A stretch of 64,000 nt of DNA from an uncultured bacterium (lineage in GTDB: Bacteria; Eisenbacteria; RBG-16-71-46), in the NCBI GenBank assembly GCA_964418975.1, contig CAYQNV010000079.1, forward strand, positions 11,938 to 75,937, written 5' to 3'. Within the stretch, counting starts at the first letter, position 1. Each line of letters opens with the position of its first letter. Under the pieces are notes generated by a model that worked only from the letters and a program-made list of their open reading frames with translations, was not told where the DNA came from and searched no databases. The position numbers and the translations under genes were made by a program. Of this stretch, positions 19,945 to 28,127 are shown piece after piece.

Positions 19945-20301
19945 ATGTCCCGTGAATCCCTCACCGTCGTCTTCGCCGTCCTGAGTGTGGTGCTGCTGGC
20001 CTTAGGCGGCTCGCTATGGATGGAGCGCGTGCGCGCGCCCGCCGCCGCCCGGGTCGTGCACGCCGCACTCGAGGCCGGCGAGCGACGCGTCACGCTCGAG
20101 GTCACCGGCCTGACGTGCGCGAGTTGCGCCTCGCGCGTGTCCGAACAGCTCACGGGCACGGCGGGCGTTGTGTCCTGTGACGTGGATACGCCGGCGGCGC
20201 GCGCCTACGTCGTGTGCGGCGAGGCCGTGGCGGATAGCTCACTGGTGCGCGCGGTGGCCCGGGCCGGCCGCGACTACGCGGCCTCCGTCCTTGCCCGCTG
20301 A
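19945..20301 (+). CDS. Membrane-anchored heavy-metal-associated (HMA) domain metallochaperone
   Basis: N-terminal TM helix, then VTLEVTGLTCASCASRV, the GMTCxxC-type HMA motif. 118 aa. Confidence 0.7.
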   Translation: MSRESLTVVFAVLSVVLLALGGSLWMERVRAPAAARVVHAALEAGERRVTLEVTGLTCASCASRVSEQLTGTAGVVSCDVDTPAARAYVVCGEAVADSSLVRAVARAGRDYAASVLAR

Positions 20302-20317
20302 AAGGGAACCCGCCAGG

Positions 20318-22705
20318 ATGACCCGGGAACGTCGCTTCCATCACGGCGCCAGCAGCGGCGGACCCTTGAGCCCGGTCGCCGAGCCGCACGCCCACCTGCC
20401 CGTTCCCGCGGACGGCGGGGGCTGCCTGGAGATCCTCGCCGACCGCCTGCGTGAACGACCCGGCATCGTGGCCATCGAAGCGGATTTCAGGGACAGCACG
20501 CTCACCGTCCGCTACCAACCCTCGCAGGTCACGCCGGACGAGCTGAACGCGCTCGCCGACGACGTGGGCGCACTGTTTTCGCAACGGGTCACCGCCTGCG
20601 AGCAGCGCGAGACGCTCGACGCGTGCGAGGCATGCGCGCTGCGCCTGGGCCACCTAGCGCCCGGCGCGGCCGCCGAGTTCCGCGCCAGCGCCACGCGGGG
20701 CCGCGTCTCGCTCGCCCGTCGCGAGCAGCCCGACGACAGCGTCGAGGTGGTGCGCCCGCTCACGCACAAGCCATGGGGTGCGCGACTCACGCACGCCGAA
20801 CAGGAGGAACGCTCCGAAGGCCGCTCCATGGCGGTGCTCACCGGCGTGTGCCTGACGCTGCTCGTGGGCGCCGCCGTGGTCGGGCGCTTCGGCGTGCCGC
20901 AGGTCGTGACACAGGCCCTCTATCTCGCCTCCGCCGTGACCGGCGGTTGGTACACGGCGCGCAGCACGTGGAGCTCGCTCCGCCGGTTCGAGTTCGACGT
21001 CAACCTGCTCATGTTGCTCGCGGCGGCGGGTGCTGCCGTGATCGGCTACGTCGCCGAAGCCGCGGTACTGATGTTCCTGTTCTCGCTCAGCAACACGCTC
21101 GAGGTGTACACCATGGGGCGCACTCGCCGGGCGCTGCACGCGCTGCTCGACCTGCGGCCGCCCCGCGCGCTCGTGCGCCGCGACGGTCGTGAGGTCGAGA
21201 TCGAGGCCGACTCGGTGCGCGTGGGCGAGACGCTGATCGTGAAGCCCGGCGAGGCCATTCCCGTGGACGGCAAGGTCACGCTGGGCGAGTCGCTGGTGGA
21301 CCAGGCGAACCTGACCGGGGAGTCGGTGCCGGTCACGAAGCGATCCGGAGACAAGCTGTTCGCGGGCACGCTGAACCAGCAGGGCGCGCTCGAGATGATC
21401 GCCACGCGCGTCGCGGCCAACAGCGCGCTCGCGCGCATCGTGGCGCTGGTGCAGGAGGCACAGGAGAAGAAGTCGCGAGCCGAGGAGCTGGCCGAGGTCG
21501 CGGGCCGTTACTACACGGTCGTCGTCATGATCGCGGCCGGGCTCATGCTGCTGGTGCCGCCGCTCCTGCTGGGCGAGGCGTGGAGGGAGTCGTTCTACCG
21601 CTCGATGACGCTGCTAGTGGTGGGCTCGCCGTGCGCGCTGGTGATCGCCACGCCGGCCACGGTGCTGTCGGCCATCGCCAATGCCGCTCGCAACGGCATC
21701 CTGTTCAAGGGCGGCGCCTACCTTGAAGCGCTCGGCCGCGTGCGCATCGTGGCGTTCGACAAGACCGGCACGCTCACGCACGGTCGCTTCGAGGTCACCG
21801 ACATCCTCCCACTCGTGGGCGGCGGAGAACGCGAGTTGTTGGAGTGGGCGGCCAGCGCCGAGAAGCGTTCGCCGCACCCGCTGGCGCAGGCCATCGTGCG
21901 CGCCGCCGAGTCACGCGGCATTCCGGTGGTGCCGGCGGAATCGCTTACGAACCACCTCGGCAAGGGACTCGTCGCCGTGGCCGGCGGCCACGCCATCGAG
22001 ATCGGTACGCCGGAGCTGTTCCACTCCCTTGGGGTCACGCCGCCGCCGGCGGCGGTGGAGCACGTGCGACGCCTTGCGGCCGAGGCGAAGACGCCCATGA
22101 TCGTGCGGCGCGGCGAAGCTTGGGGAGTGCTCGCCGCGGCGGACCGCGTGCGTCCCACCGCGGTCGCCGCGGTGCGCGAACTGCGTGCATCGGGCATACG
22201 CCGCACGGCATTGCTGTCGGGAGACAGTGTGCCCACGGTGCACGCCATCGGCGCCCAAACCGGCATGGACGAGCTGCACGGCCAACTACTGCCCGAGGAC
22301 AAGGTGCGCGTCATCGGCGAGCTCGAGGCCCGGCACGGCCCGGTCGCGATGATCGGCGACGGCGTCAACGACGCGCCGGCGCTCGCGCGCGCGAGCGTCG
22401 GGATCGCCATGGGCGGTATCGGCAGTGACGCCGCCATGGAGAGCGCCGATGTCGTGCTCATGGGCGACGATCTCGCCGCGCTGCCGTACGCGGTCGCGCT
22501 GGCCCAGCGTGCGCGCCGCGTGGTGATCCAGAACCTGGTCATCGCCACGGGAGTCATGGCCGCGCTCGTGGCGTGGGTGTTCGCCGGCCAGTACACGCCG
22601 CTCGGGGCGCTCAAGCTGCCCGTGGCGGTCTCGGGACACGAAGGCAGCACAGTGGTGGTCATCTTGAACGGCTTGCGGCTGCTGCGCGGCCGGCGCAAGA
22701 CCTGA
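20318..22705 (+). CDS. Heavy-metal translocating P-type ATPase, P1B-4 subtype (Co/Zn/Fe-type exporter)
   Basis: DKTGTLT, GDGVNDAPAL, an SPC motif in TM (VVGSPCALVIATP) and HEGST in the last TM helix (AVSGHEGSTVV). A roughly 170-aa N-terminal extension carries a His-rich stretch and CEQRETLDACEAC instead of a canonical HMA domain. Confidence 0.9.
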   Translation: MTRERRFHHGASSGGPLSPVAEPHAHLPVPADGGGCLEILADRLRERPGIVAIEADFRDSTLTVRYQPSQVTPDELNALADDVGALFSQRVTACEQRETLDACEACALRLGHLAPGAAAEFRASATRGRVSLARREQPDDSVEVVRPLTHKPWGARLTHAEQEERSEGRSMAVLTGVCLTLLVGAAVVGRFGVPQVVTQALYLASAVTGGWYTARSTWSSLRRFEFDVNLLMLLAAAGAAVIGYVAEAAVLMFLFSLSNTLEVYTMGRTRRALHALLDLRPPRALVRRDGREVEIEADSVRVGETLIVKPGEAIPVDGKVTLGESLVDQANLTGESVPVTKRSGDKLFAGTLNQQGALEMIATRVAANSALARIVALVQEAQEKKSRAEELAEVAGRYYTVVVMIAAGLMLLVPPLLLGEAWRESFYRSMTLLVVGSPCALVIATPATVLSAIANAARNGILFKGGAYLEALGRVRIVAFDKTGTLTHGRFEVTDILPLVGGGERELLEWAASAEKRSPHPLAQAIVRAAESRGIPVVPAESLTNHLGKGLVAVAGGHAIEIGTPELFHSLGVTPPPAAVEHVRRLAAEAKTPMIVRRGEAWGVLAAADRVRPTAVAAVRELRASGIRRTALLSGDSVPTVHAIGAQTGMDELHGQLLPEDKVRVIGELEARHGPVAMIGDGVNDAPALARASVGIAMGGIGSDAAMESADVVLMGDDLAALPYAVALAQRARRVVIQNLVIATGVMAALVAWVFAGQYTPLGALKLPVAVSGHEGSTVVVILNGLRLLRGRRKT

Positions 22706-22715
22706 CCGACTTACG

Positions 22716-23369
22716 CTACTCCAGCGAGGTCACCACCACGTTGTCGTAGTACACCGTGCACATCCCGACGCCGCCCGTGTACGCCGGCAGTGCCACGCTG
22801 CCCGAGGGGCGGGAATTGCGCGCGTCCACGCGATCGAGCTTGAGATCACCGTTCACGAAAACGCGATAGCGGTTGCCCTTGGCCTCGACCCGGAGATGGT
22901 TCCACGTGCCGTTCGCGTTGGTCGCTTGCGCGCGGCCCATGGGCCATTCGCGCTGGTACATGACCACGTCCTGGTAGCTGCCGCCGCGCAGGTCCACGCC
23001 CATGCCGGACTCGCCCCGCACGCGCACCACCGCGCCCTTGTCCACGCCACGCATCATGCACACGTCCACGTCCACCGCGATGTCCGTCCACGAGGTATCG
23101 CCTGTGTGGATCATGGAGCGAAGTTGCTTCTGGTCCGGCAGGTCGGCGCGCAGCATGCCGCGCCACAACGACCACACGCCGGGCCGATCGGGGTTCCAGC
23201 CGCGCAGCTCCTGGCCCGAGAAGTCGTCGGCGAACAGCACGCCGTGCGTCGGCTTGACCATGCGGGGTGAGGTCGACGGCATGGCGAAACGCGTGTCGTC
23301 GAATCCCGCGCCCGAGAGTGCGAGCGTGACGGCAACGAGCGCGACCATCCGTGGCAGGTGCCTGTTCAT
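22716..23369 (-). CDS. Secreted DUF1080-like (3-keto-disaccharide hydrolase / LamG-like) domain protein
   Basis: Signal peptide. Architecture resembles DUF1080 beta-sandwich proteins (…WNHLRVEAKGNRYRVFVNG…). Internal ATG at 23367..23369. Confidence 0.5.
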   Translation of the reverse strand: MNRHLPRMVALVAVTLALSGAGFDDTRFAMPSTSPRMVKPTHGVLFADDFSGQELRGWNPDRPGVWSLWRGMLRADLPDQKQLRSMIHTGDTSWTDIAVDVDVCMMRGVDKGAVVRVRGESGMGVDLRGGSYQDVVMYQREWPMGRAQATNANGTWNHLRVEAKGNRYRVFVNGDLKLDRVDARNSRPSGSVALPAYTGGVGMCTVYYDNVVVTSLE

Positions 23370-23520
23370 TCCGACTCCGACGATGGCATCCCGGGTTCCC
23401 GACGTCCACCCAGACGCTCGCAGAAGGGTATCGGCCCGCCTCGAGGCGCCCGTGAGCCCCGTTGACCCGCACCACCACTCGCGGTGGTGCGCTCCTCGGG
23501 GGGGTGCTAACTTGGCCGCT

Positions 23521-24441
23521 ATGGCCAAGAAAAAGCGCAGTATCGGCGTGATCGGCGTGCCCATCGACCTCGGGGCAGGCCGCCGTGGGGTCGACATGGG
23601 CCCCTCCGCCGTCCGCATCGCGGATCTTGAAAAACGCCTGGAGGACCTGGGGCACAAGGTCGAGGACTACGGGGACCTGGACGTGATGATCCCCGAGACT
23701 CAGAAGGTGGGGACGGGCAAGCTCCGCTACAAGAAGCCCATCCTGGCGGCATGCCGGGACCTGATGAAGGGCGTGGAGAAGTGCCTCGCCGCGGGGCGCA
23801 TGCCACTGGTGCTGGGGGGGGACCACAGCATCGCGATCGGTTCGGTGGCCGGCTCCACCAACTTCCACGCCCGCAAGGGCGAATCGCTGGGCCTCATCTG
23901 GTTCGACGCCCACGGCGACGCCAACACGCCCGAGACCACCCCGAGCGGCAACATCCACGGCATGTCGCTGGCGGTCTCGCTGGGTTTCGGGGACACCGAC
24001 CTCGTCCACCTGGGCGGCCGCGCACCCAAGGTGCAGCCGCGCAACACGGTGCTCATCGGCATCCGCGACCTGGATCCGGGCGAGCGGGACTTCATCAAGA
24101 AGAGCGGCGTGACCTGCTACACCATGCGCGACCTGGACGAGCGCGGCATGCGTGACGTGCTGGACGAGGCCATCCGCCTCGCCAGCGATGGCACGGCCGG
24201 CATCCACCTGTCGTTCGACCTGGACGTGGTGGACCCGGAGGACGCGCCCGGCACCGGCACGCCGGTGTGGGGCGGCATCAGCTATCGCGAGGCGCACCTG
24301 GCCATGGAGATGTTCAACGACCGCGCGAACATCGTGGCGCTGGACCTGGTCGAGGTGAACCCGGTGCTCGACTCGCAGAACATGACCGGCATCCTCGCGG
24401 CGGAGTTGGCGCAGAGCGCACTGGGCAAGACGATTCTTTAG
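23521..24441 (+). CDS. Arginase-family (ureohydrolase) enzyme, arginase-like
   Basis: Mn-binding motifs GGDHSIAIG, DAHGDANT and SFDLDVVDP. 306 aa. Confidence 0.9.
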   Translation: MAKKKRSIGVIGVPIDLGAGRRGVDMGPSAVRIADLEKRLEDLGHKVEDYGDLDVMIPETQKVGTGKLRYKKPILAACRDLMKGVEKCLAAGRMPLVLGGDHSIAIGSVAGSTNFHARKGESLGLIWFDAHGDANTPETTPSGNIHGMSLAVSLGFGDTDLVHLGGRAPKVQPRNTVLIGIRDLDPGERDFIKKSGVTCYTMRDLDERGMRDVLDEAIRLASDGTAGIHLSFDLDVVDPEDAPGTGTPVWGGISYREAHLAMEMFNDRANIVALDLVEVNPVLDSQNMTGILAAELAQSALGKTIL

Positions 24442-24553
24442 GGAACGCCGTCCTCGCCCTCCGGGCTCGGTCCAGCCGGCGCGAGGGCCCGACGGCGCCG
24501 AATGCCGGGGAGGGCCGCATGGCCGGACCGAGCGGAGCACGGCGGATCACGTC

Positions 24554-24883
24554 GTGACGCTCGCGCGCCGCGTCGCGACGCAGGCGCTGCTGTGGGCGGC
24601 ACCGCTGGGAGCGAGCCTGGCGCTCGTGCTGCTGCTCTCGAACGCGCCCTATTTCCGGTCCGGTCCCGACGTGCCATCGGCCGGGGATGAGCGCGCATGG
24701 GGCGCCCTGTGGGGAGCCGCCGCGCTGGTGGGGGCCGGCTGCGCACTGGGAGCAGTAACGACGCTGGTGTGGCTCGTGCGCGCGTGGCGAGTTCGTCACC
24801 GTCCGAGCGCTGTCGAGTGGTTTCGCACCGTGTTGAACCTGGTGCTGGCGCTGGGCTTCTGCTGGATGTGGTTCGGCGACTGA
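24554..24883 (+). CDS. Small membrane protein, hypothetical
   Basis: GTG start. Three predicted hydrophobic helices. Confidence 0.35.
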   Translation: MTLARRVATQALLWAAPLGASLALVLLLSNAPYFRSGPDVPSAGDERAWGALWGAAALVGAGCALGAVTTLVWLVRAWRVRHRPSAVEWFRTVLNLVLALGFCWMWFGD

Positions 24884-24899
24884 GGTCGTGGCGCCGGGC

Positions 24900-25610
24900 T
24901 CAGGCCGCGCGCCGCGGCGATTCGCCCGCGGAGCGGGGCGAGCCCGGCCGCAAGCGCTCCGCGACGAGGCTCGTGACCAGGAACGCGAGCGCGGCGAGGC
25001 CGAACCCCCACGGGATCCGTGCGTCCACGGGCAGCACGTTCCGGCGCAGCTCGAGTGACGCCTCGCGCAGGTCGTCCATGCTCGAGCCGGACGAGTGCAC
25101 GCGCACGTAGTAGTCGCCCTCCTGCGGCACATCGTACGTGGCAAGGCTCGTGCGCGTCATGACGATCGAGGCCTCGTCGTTTCGACTGCCGAAGAAGCTC
25201 GCGGCTTCCCACTGGCGGGCGCCGCCGGCGTCCTCCAGCGCGACCTCGTAGCGCAGGCGCGTCGAGCCGACCGGGGCGTAAGCCGCGCGCAGGACCGCGC
25301 GCATGGGATTCATGCCCGGATCCAAGCGTAGCGGGCCATACCGCGGAGCATCGGGCGCAGCGCTCACGTACTCCATCGCGTGGGTCACGTCGAGGCTCAG
25401 CACGCGTACGCCCGAGCCATAGAGCGCCCAGAGCCCATAGCCCACCGCCACCGCGGCGCACGGCAGGAAGCCCCAACCGCTCCACCGAGCGAGCGCGCTT
25501 CGCGGCTGGCCGTGCGGGGGGAGACCACTCGCAGCCGCCCGCTCTCGTTCCATCCAGTGGCGCTGATCGTTGTCCGGGTCCGTCATGCGAGGGGTTTCGG
25601 CGCCGCGCAC
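24900..25610 (-). CDS. Hypothetical membrane-anchored protein
   Basis: ORF with an N-terminal TM segment WGFLPCAAVAVGYGLWALYG and a second C-terminal TM. No motif recognised. Confidence 0.4.
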   Translation of the reverse strand: MRGAETPRMTDPDNDQRHWMERERAAASGLPPHGQPRSALARWSGWGFLPCAAVAVGYGLWALYGSGVRVLSLDVTHAMEYVSAAPDAPRYGPLRLDPGMNPMRAVLRAAYAPVGSTRLRYEVALEDAGGARQWEAASFFGSRNDEASIVMTRTSLATYDVPQEGDYYVRVHSSGSSMDDLREASLELRRNVLPVDARIPWGFGLAALAFLVTSLVAERLRPGSPRSAGESPRRAA

Positions 25611-25627
25611 GCCAAGCTTAAGCGGTC

Positions 25628-26842
25628 GGTTGTGCGGCGAAGATTGTGGGTGCGGCTCCGGTGGGCGCTGCCCGCCGGGGCCTCAGGTTGTTTCAGTAGG
25701 CCAGCTTGAGCCGGTGCCTCCGCTCGTTCTGGATGGGTGCCGTGCGGACCTCGCCGCGGTAGTAGCGCTCCCACACCGGTGGCAGTCCGACCCGATCCGG
25801 GAACTGCCGTCGGGCGAGCAGTTCCGCGACCGGGATCGGTCGCGGGAGGATGCCGGCGCGCATCGCTGGCGTGCCGCCGCCGTGGCGCTCGGAGAACGGC
25901 TTGCTCACGTTCTGCCACAGGATCAGCCAGGCCGCGCGCTCCACCACCGACTGGTGCCGCTTGGAGAACGCGATGGTCTCACGCTTGTGGTTGGCGCTGT
26001 TGTGCCGCAGCAGCAGGTCGAGGCGGTTGACCGGGAACAGCGGGTTGCCGGCGGTGCGCGCCGCGAGGCTGCTGGTGCGCTCGTGCGAGACGTCGTAGCC
26101 CGCGAGCCGGCGCAGGGCTCGCGGGTAGTCCGCGTGCTCGTCGGAGCGCACCACCAGGGCCTGCGGCAAGCGGGCGGCGAGGCGCAACGCCTCGGTCATG
26201 CCATGCTCGATGGCGCGCGGGTCGGGCCGGCCGTGCTCGGCTTCGAGGGCGGCCCGCCGTCGTTTCTGTCCCGCGGTCATGCGGCCCTTGCGGCGCAGGG
26301 GCGAGTGGGTCAGGCCATAGACGTAGTGGCTCCCCGCACCGACGACGAGGTTCAGGTGCAGGGGGAAGAACTGGCTCCTGGCGAACGACTCGAACCCGTC
26401 GCAGACGACGGGCTCGAGCAGCGGCCCGTCCGGGAGGAGCTCGCCGAGCTTCACCAGGGCGAGGCGGCCGATGCGGGCGGCATGGCGGCCGACGGTGGTG
26501 GGCGAGCACTTGGCTTCGCGGGCGATCTGGCGGTAGCCCGAGCAGGCGAGCAGCCGGTGGGCGGTGGGCAGGAGCACGTCGGGACGCTTCAACCAGTAGC
26601 TGCCGTGGAAGGTCTGCTCGCTGAAGGTGTGGCCACAGTGGCCACAGCGGAAACGGCGGATGCGCTGCGGCGAGGCCTGGCGGGTGAACGAGCCGTGCCG
26701 GATCCAGCGCCAACCGTCGACGTAACGGTGGAAGGGACACTCCCTTCGCGGACAGTGCGGGGGCACGAACGGCACGCTCGTGCGCGACATGCCCCCGGAT
26801 CACTGCACGACCCGTACCGCCTACATTCTTCGCCGCACAACC
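25628..26842. mobile_element. Insertion sequence (about 1215 bp) with terminal inverted repeats and a single transposase
   Basis: Left end GGTTGTGCGGCGAAGAT (25628..25644) matches the reverse complement of the right end ATTCTTCGCCGCACAACC (26825..26842) at 16 of 17 positions. One ORF lies between. It is inserted in the divergent intergenic region between 24900..25610 and the kinase gene. Confidence 0.65.
25693..26790 (-). CDS. IS transposase with N-terminal zinc ribbon (IS1595-like; family assignment uncertain)
   Basis: N-terminal CPRRECPFH...CGHCGH zinc-ribbon, a feature of IS1595-type transposases. Basic, 365 aa. Flanked by terminal inverted repeats. Confidence 0.55.
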   Translation of the reverse strand: MSRTSVPFVPPHCPRRECPFHRYVDGWRWIRHGSFTRQASPQRIRRFRCGHCGHTFSEQTFHGSYWLKRPDVLLPTAHRLLACSGYRQIAREAKCSPTTVGRHAARIGRLALVKLGELLPDGPLLEPVVCDGFESFARSQFFPLHLNLVVGAGSHYVYGLTHSPLRRKGRMTAGQKRRRAALEAEHGRPDPRAIEHGMTEALRLAARLPQALVVRSDEHADYPRALRRLAGYDVSHERTSSLAARTAGNPLFPVNRLDLLLRHNSANHKRETIAFSKRHQSVVERAAWLILWQNVSKPFSERHGGGTPAMRAGILPRPIPVAELLARRQFPDRVGLPPVWERYYRGEVRTAPIQNERRHRLKLAY

Positions 26843-26866
26843 TTTTGCTTGTGACCCGACAACTGC

Positions 26867-28060
26867 TTGATAGTCTTGGACATGAGGAGGGATGCGAGCG
26901 TGAGGCATCTGTCCACCGCGACCACCCGGACGCTACGGTCCATACGCCGGACCGCTGGCGCGCCGCGGCGCCTGTTGAAACCCGCGCAGGTCGTGACGAG
27001 CCCCGAGACAGGGCTGCAGTACTCCGTCGAAGGACTGCTCGGCGAGGGTGGATTCGGTCAGGCCTACGTGGCGCGCCGATTGGGGCGGTCGTCACGGGTC
27101 GCGGACATCGTCTGCATCAAGATCAGCGTGTACATCGACGGCTGGCTGCGCGAGGCGTACTTCGGGCAACTGCTCGACGGACATCCGCGGGCGATCCGCG
27201 TGTTCGACGCCTTCCCGCTCGTCTCCAGCGACGGCCCCATCCATTACTGCCTGGTGCTGGAATACGCCCGCCACGGAGACCTGAGATCGTTCCTGCACCG
27301 GAATGGCAAGGAGTGGAACGAGAAGCGAGCGCGCACCGAGATCGCGGGGGTGCTCGAGGTATTGCGCAAACTGCATCGCGGCCAGACGCTGCATCGTGAC
27401 CTGACGCCCCTGAACCTGTTCGTGTGCGACGGCCCGACGTTGAAGCTGGGCGATTTCGGGATCGCCCGACCGCAGAGCGACCGGCGTGGCGTCGCCGCGC
27501 GCACGATGAACTCGTTCACCGCGCCGAGCGACATCTTGGCGGGCACCGCGCCCAAGTGGCAGGCGAGGGACGACGTCTACCAGGTGGGGCAGCTGCTCGG
27601 CATGCTCATGCGCGGCGACGCGGACACGCGCGTGCGCACGAAGGAGGTGCGCGAGCTGCCGTGCAGCGATCACATGAAAGAGATCGTCTACCGCTGCATC
27701 GGCGAGCGGCGCAAGCGCTATGAGAGCGCGGACGAGTTGATCGAGGCGCTCCGGAACCCGCCCGCGCCGCTTCGGGTCGGGGCGTTACGAACGCTGAAGG
27801 GCGTGCATCTCGCGTTCACCGGCTTCCTCAGCCGGCCGAGGGCCGAGGCGGCGAAGGCGGCCCGGCGTGCGGGTGCGATCGTCCACACCGGAAGCTCCGC
27901 CAGGACCACGGTGATCGTGCGCGGGCGCCCGAACGCGCTTCAGGCCGCCGGTCGGGATGCCGGGCGAAAGCTCATGGACATCAAGCGCCTACGCGAGAAG
28001 GGCCACAAGATCACGCTGCTCGACGAAGCGAAGTTCTGGCGGCTGGTGGCGAAGCGGTGA
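26867..28060 (+). CDS. Hanks-type Ser/Thr protein kinase fused to a C-terminal BRCT domain
   Basis: Gly loop LGEGGFGQAY, catalytic HRDLTPLNLF, DFGIA, and an APE-like region. C-terminus LKGVHLAFTGFLSRPRAEAAKAARRAGAIVHTGSSARTTVIVRGRP...KITLLDEAKFWRLV matches a BRCT fold as in the LigA C-terminus. Confidence 0.8.
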   Translation: MIVLDMRRDASVRHLSTATTRTLRSIRRTAGAPRRLLKPAQVVTSPETGLQYSVEGLLGEGGFGQAYVARRLGRSSRVADIVCIKISVYIDGWLREAYFGQLLDGHPRAIRVFDAFPLVSSDGPIHYCLVLEYARHGDLRSFLHRNGKEWNEKRARTEIAGVLEVLRKLHRGQTLHRDLTPLNLFVCDGPTLKLGDFGIARPQSDRRGVAARTMNSFTAPSDILAGTAPKWQARDDVYQVGQLLGMLMRGDADTRVRTKEVRELPCSDHMKEIVYRCIGERRKRYESADELIEALRNPPAPLRVGALRTLKGVHLAFTGFLSRPRAEAAKAARRAGAIVHTGSSARTTVIVRGRPNALQAAGRDAGRKLMDIKRLREKGHKITLLDEAKFWRLVAKR

Positions 28061-28127
28061 ACGGGACCCATCTGCCAACGCGCCCGGAGCGGTTCCGCCC
28101 CGGGCGCGTCGCGGCGCGGTGGCAGGC

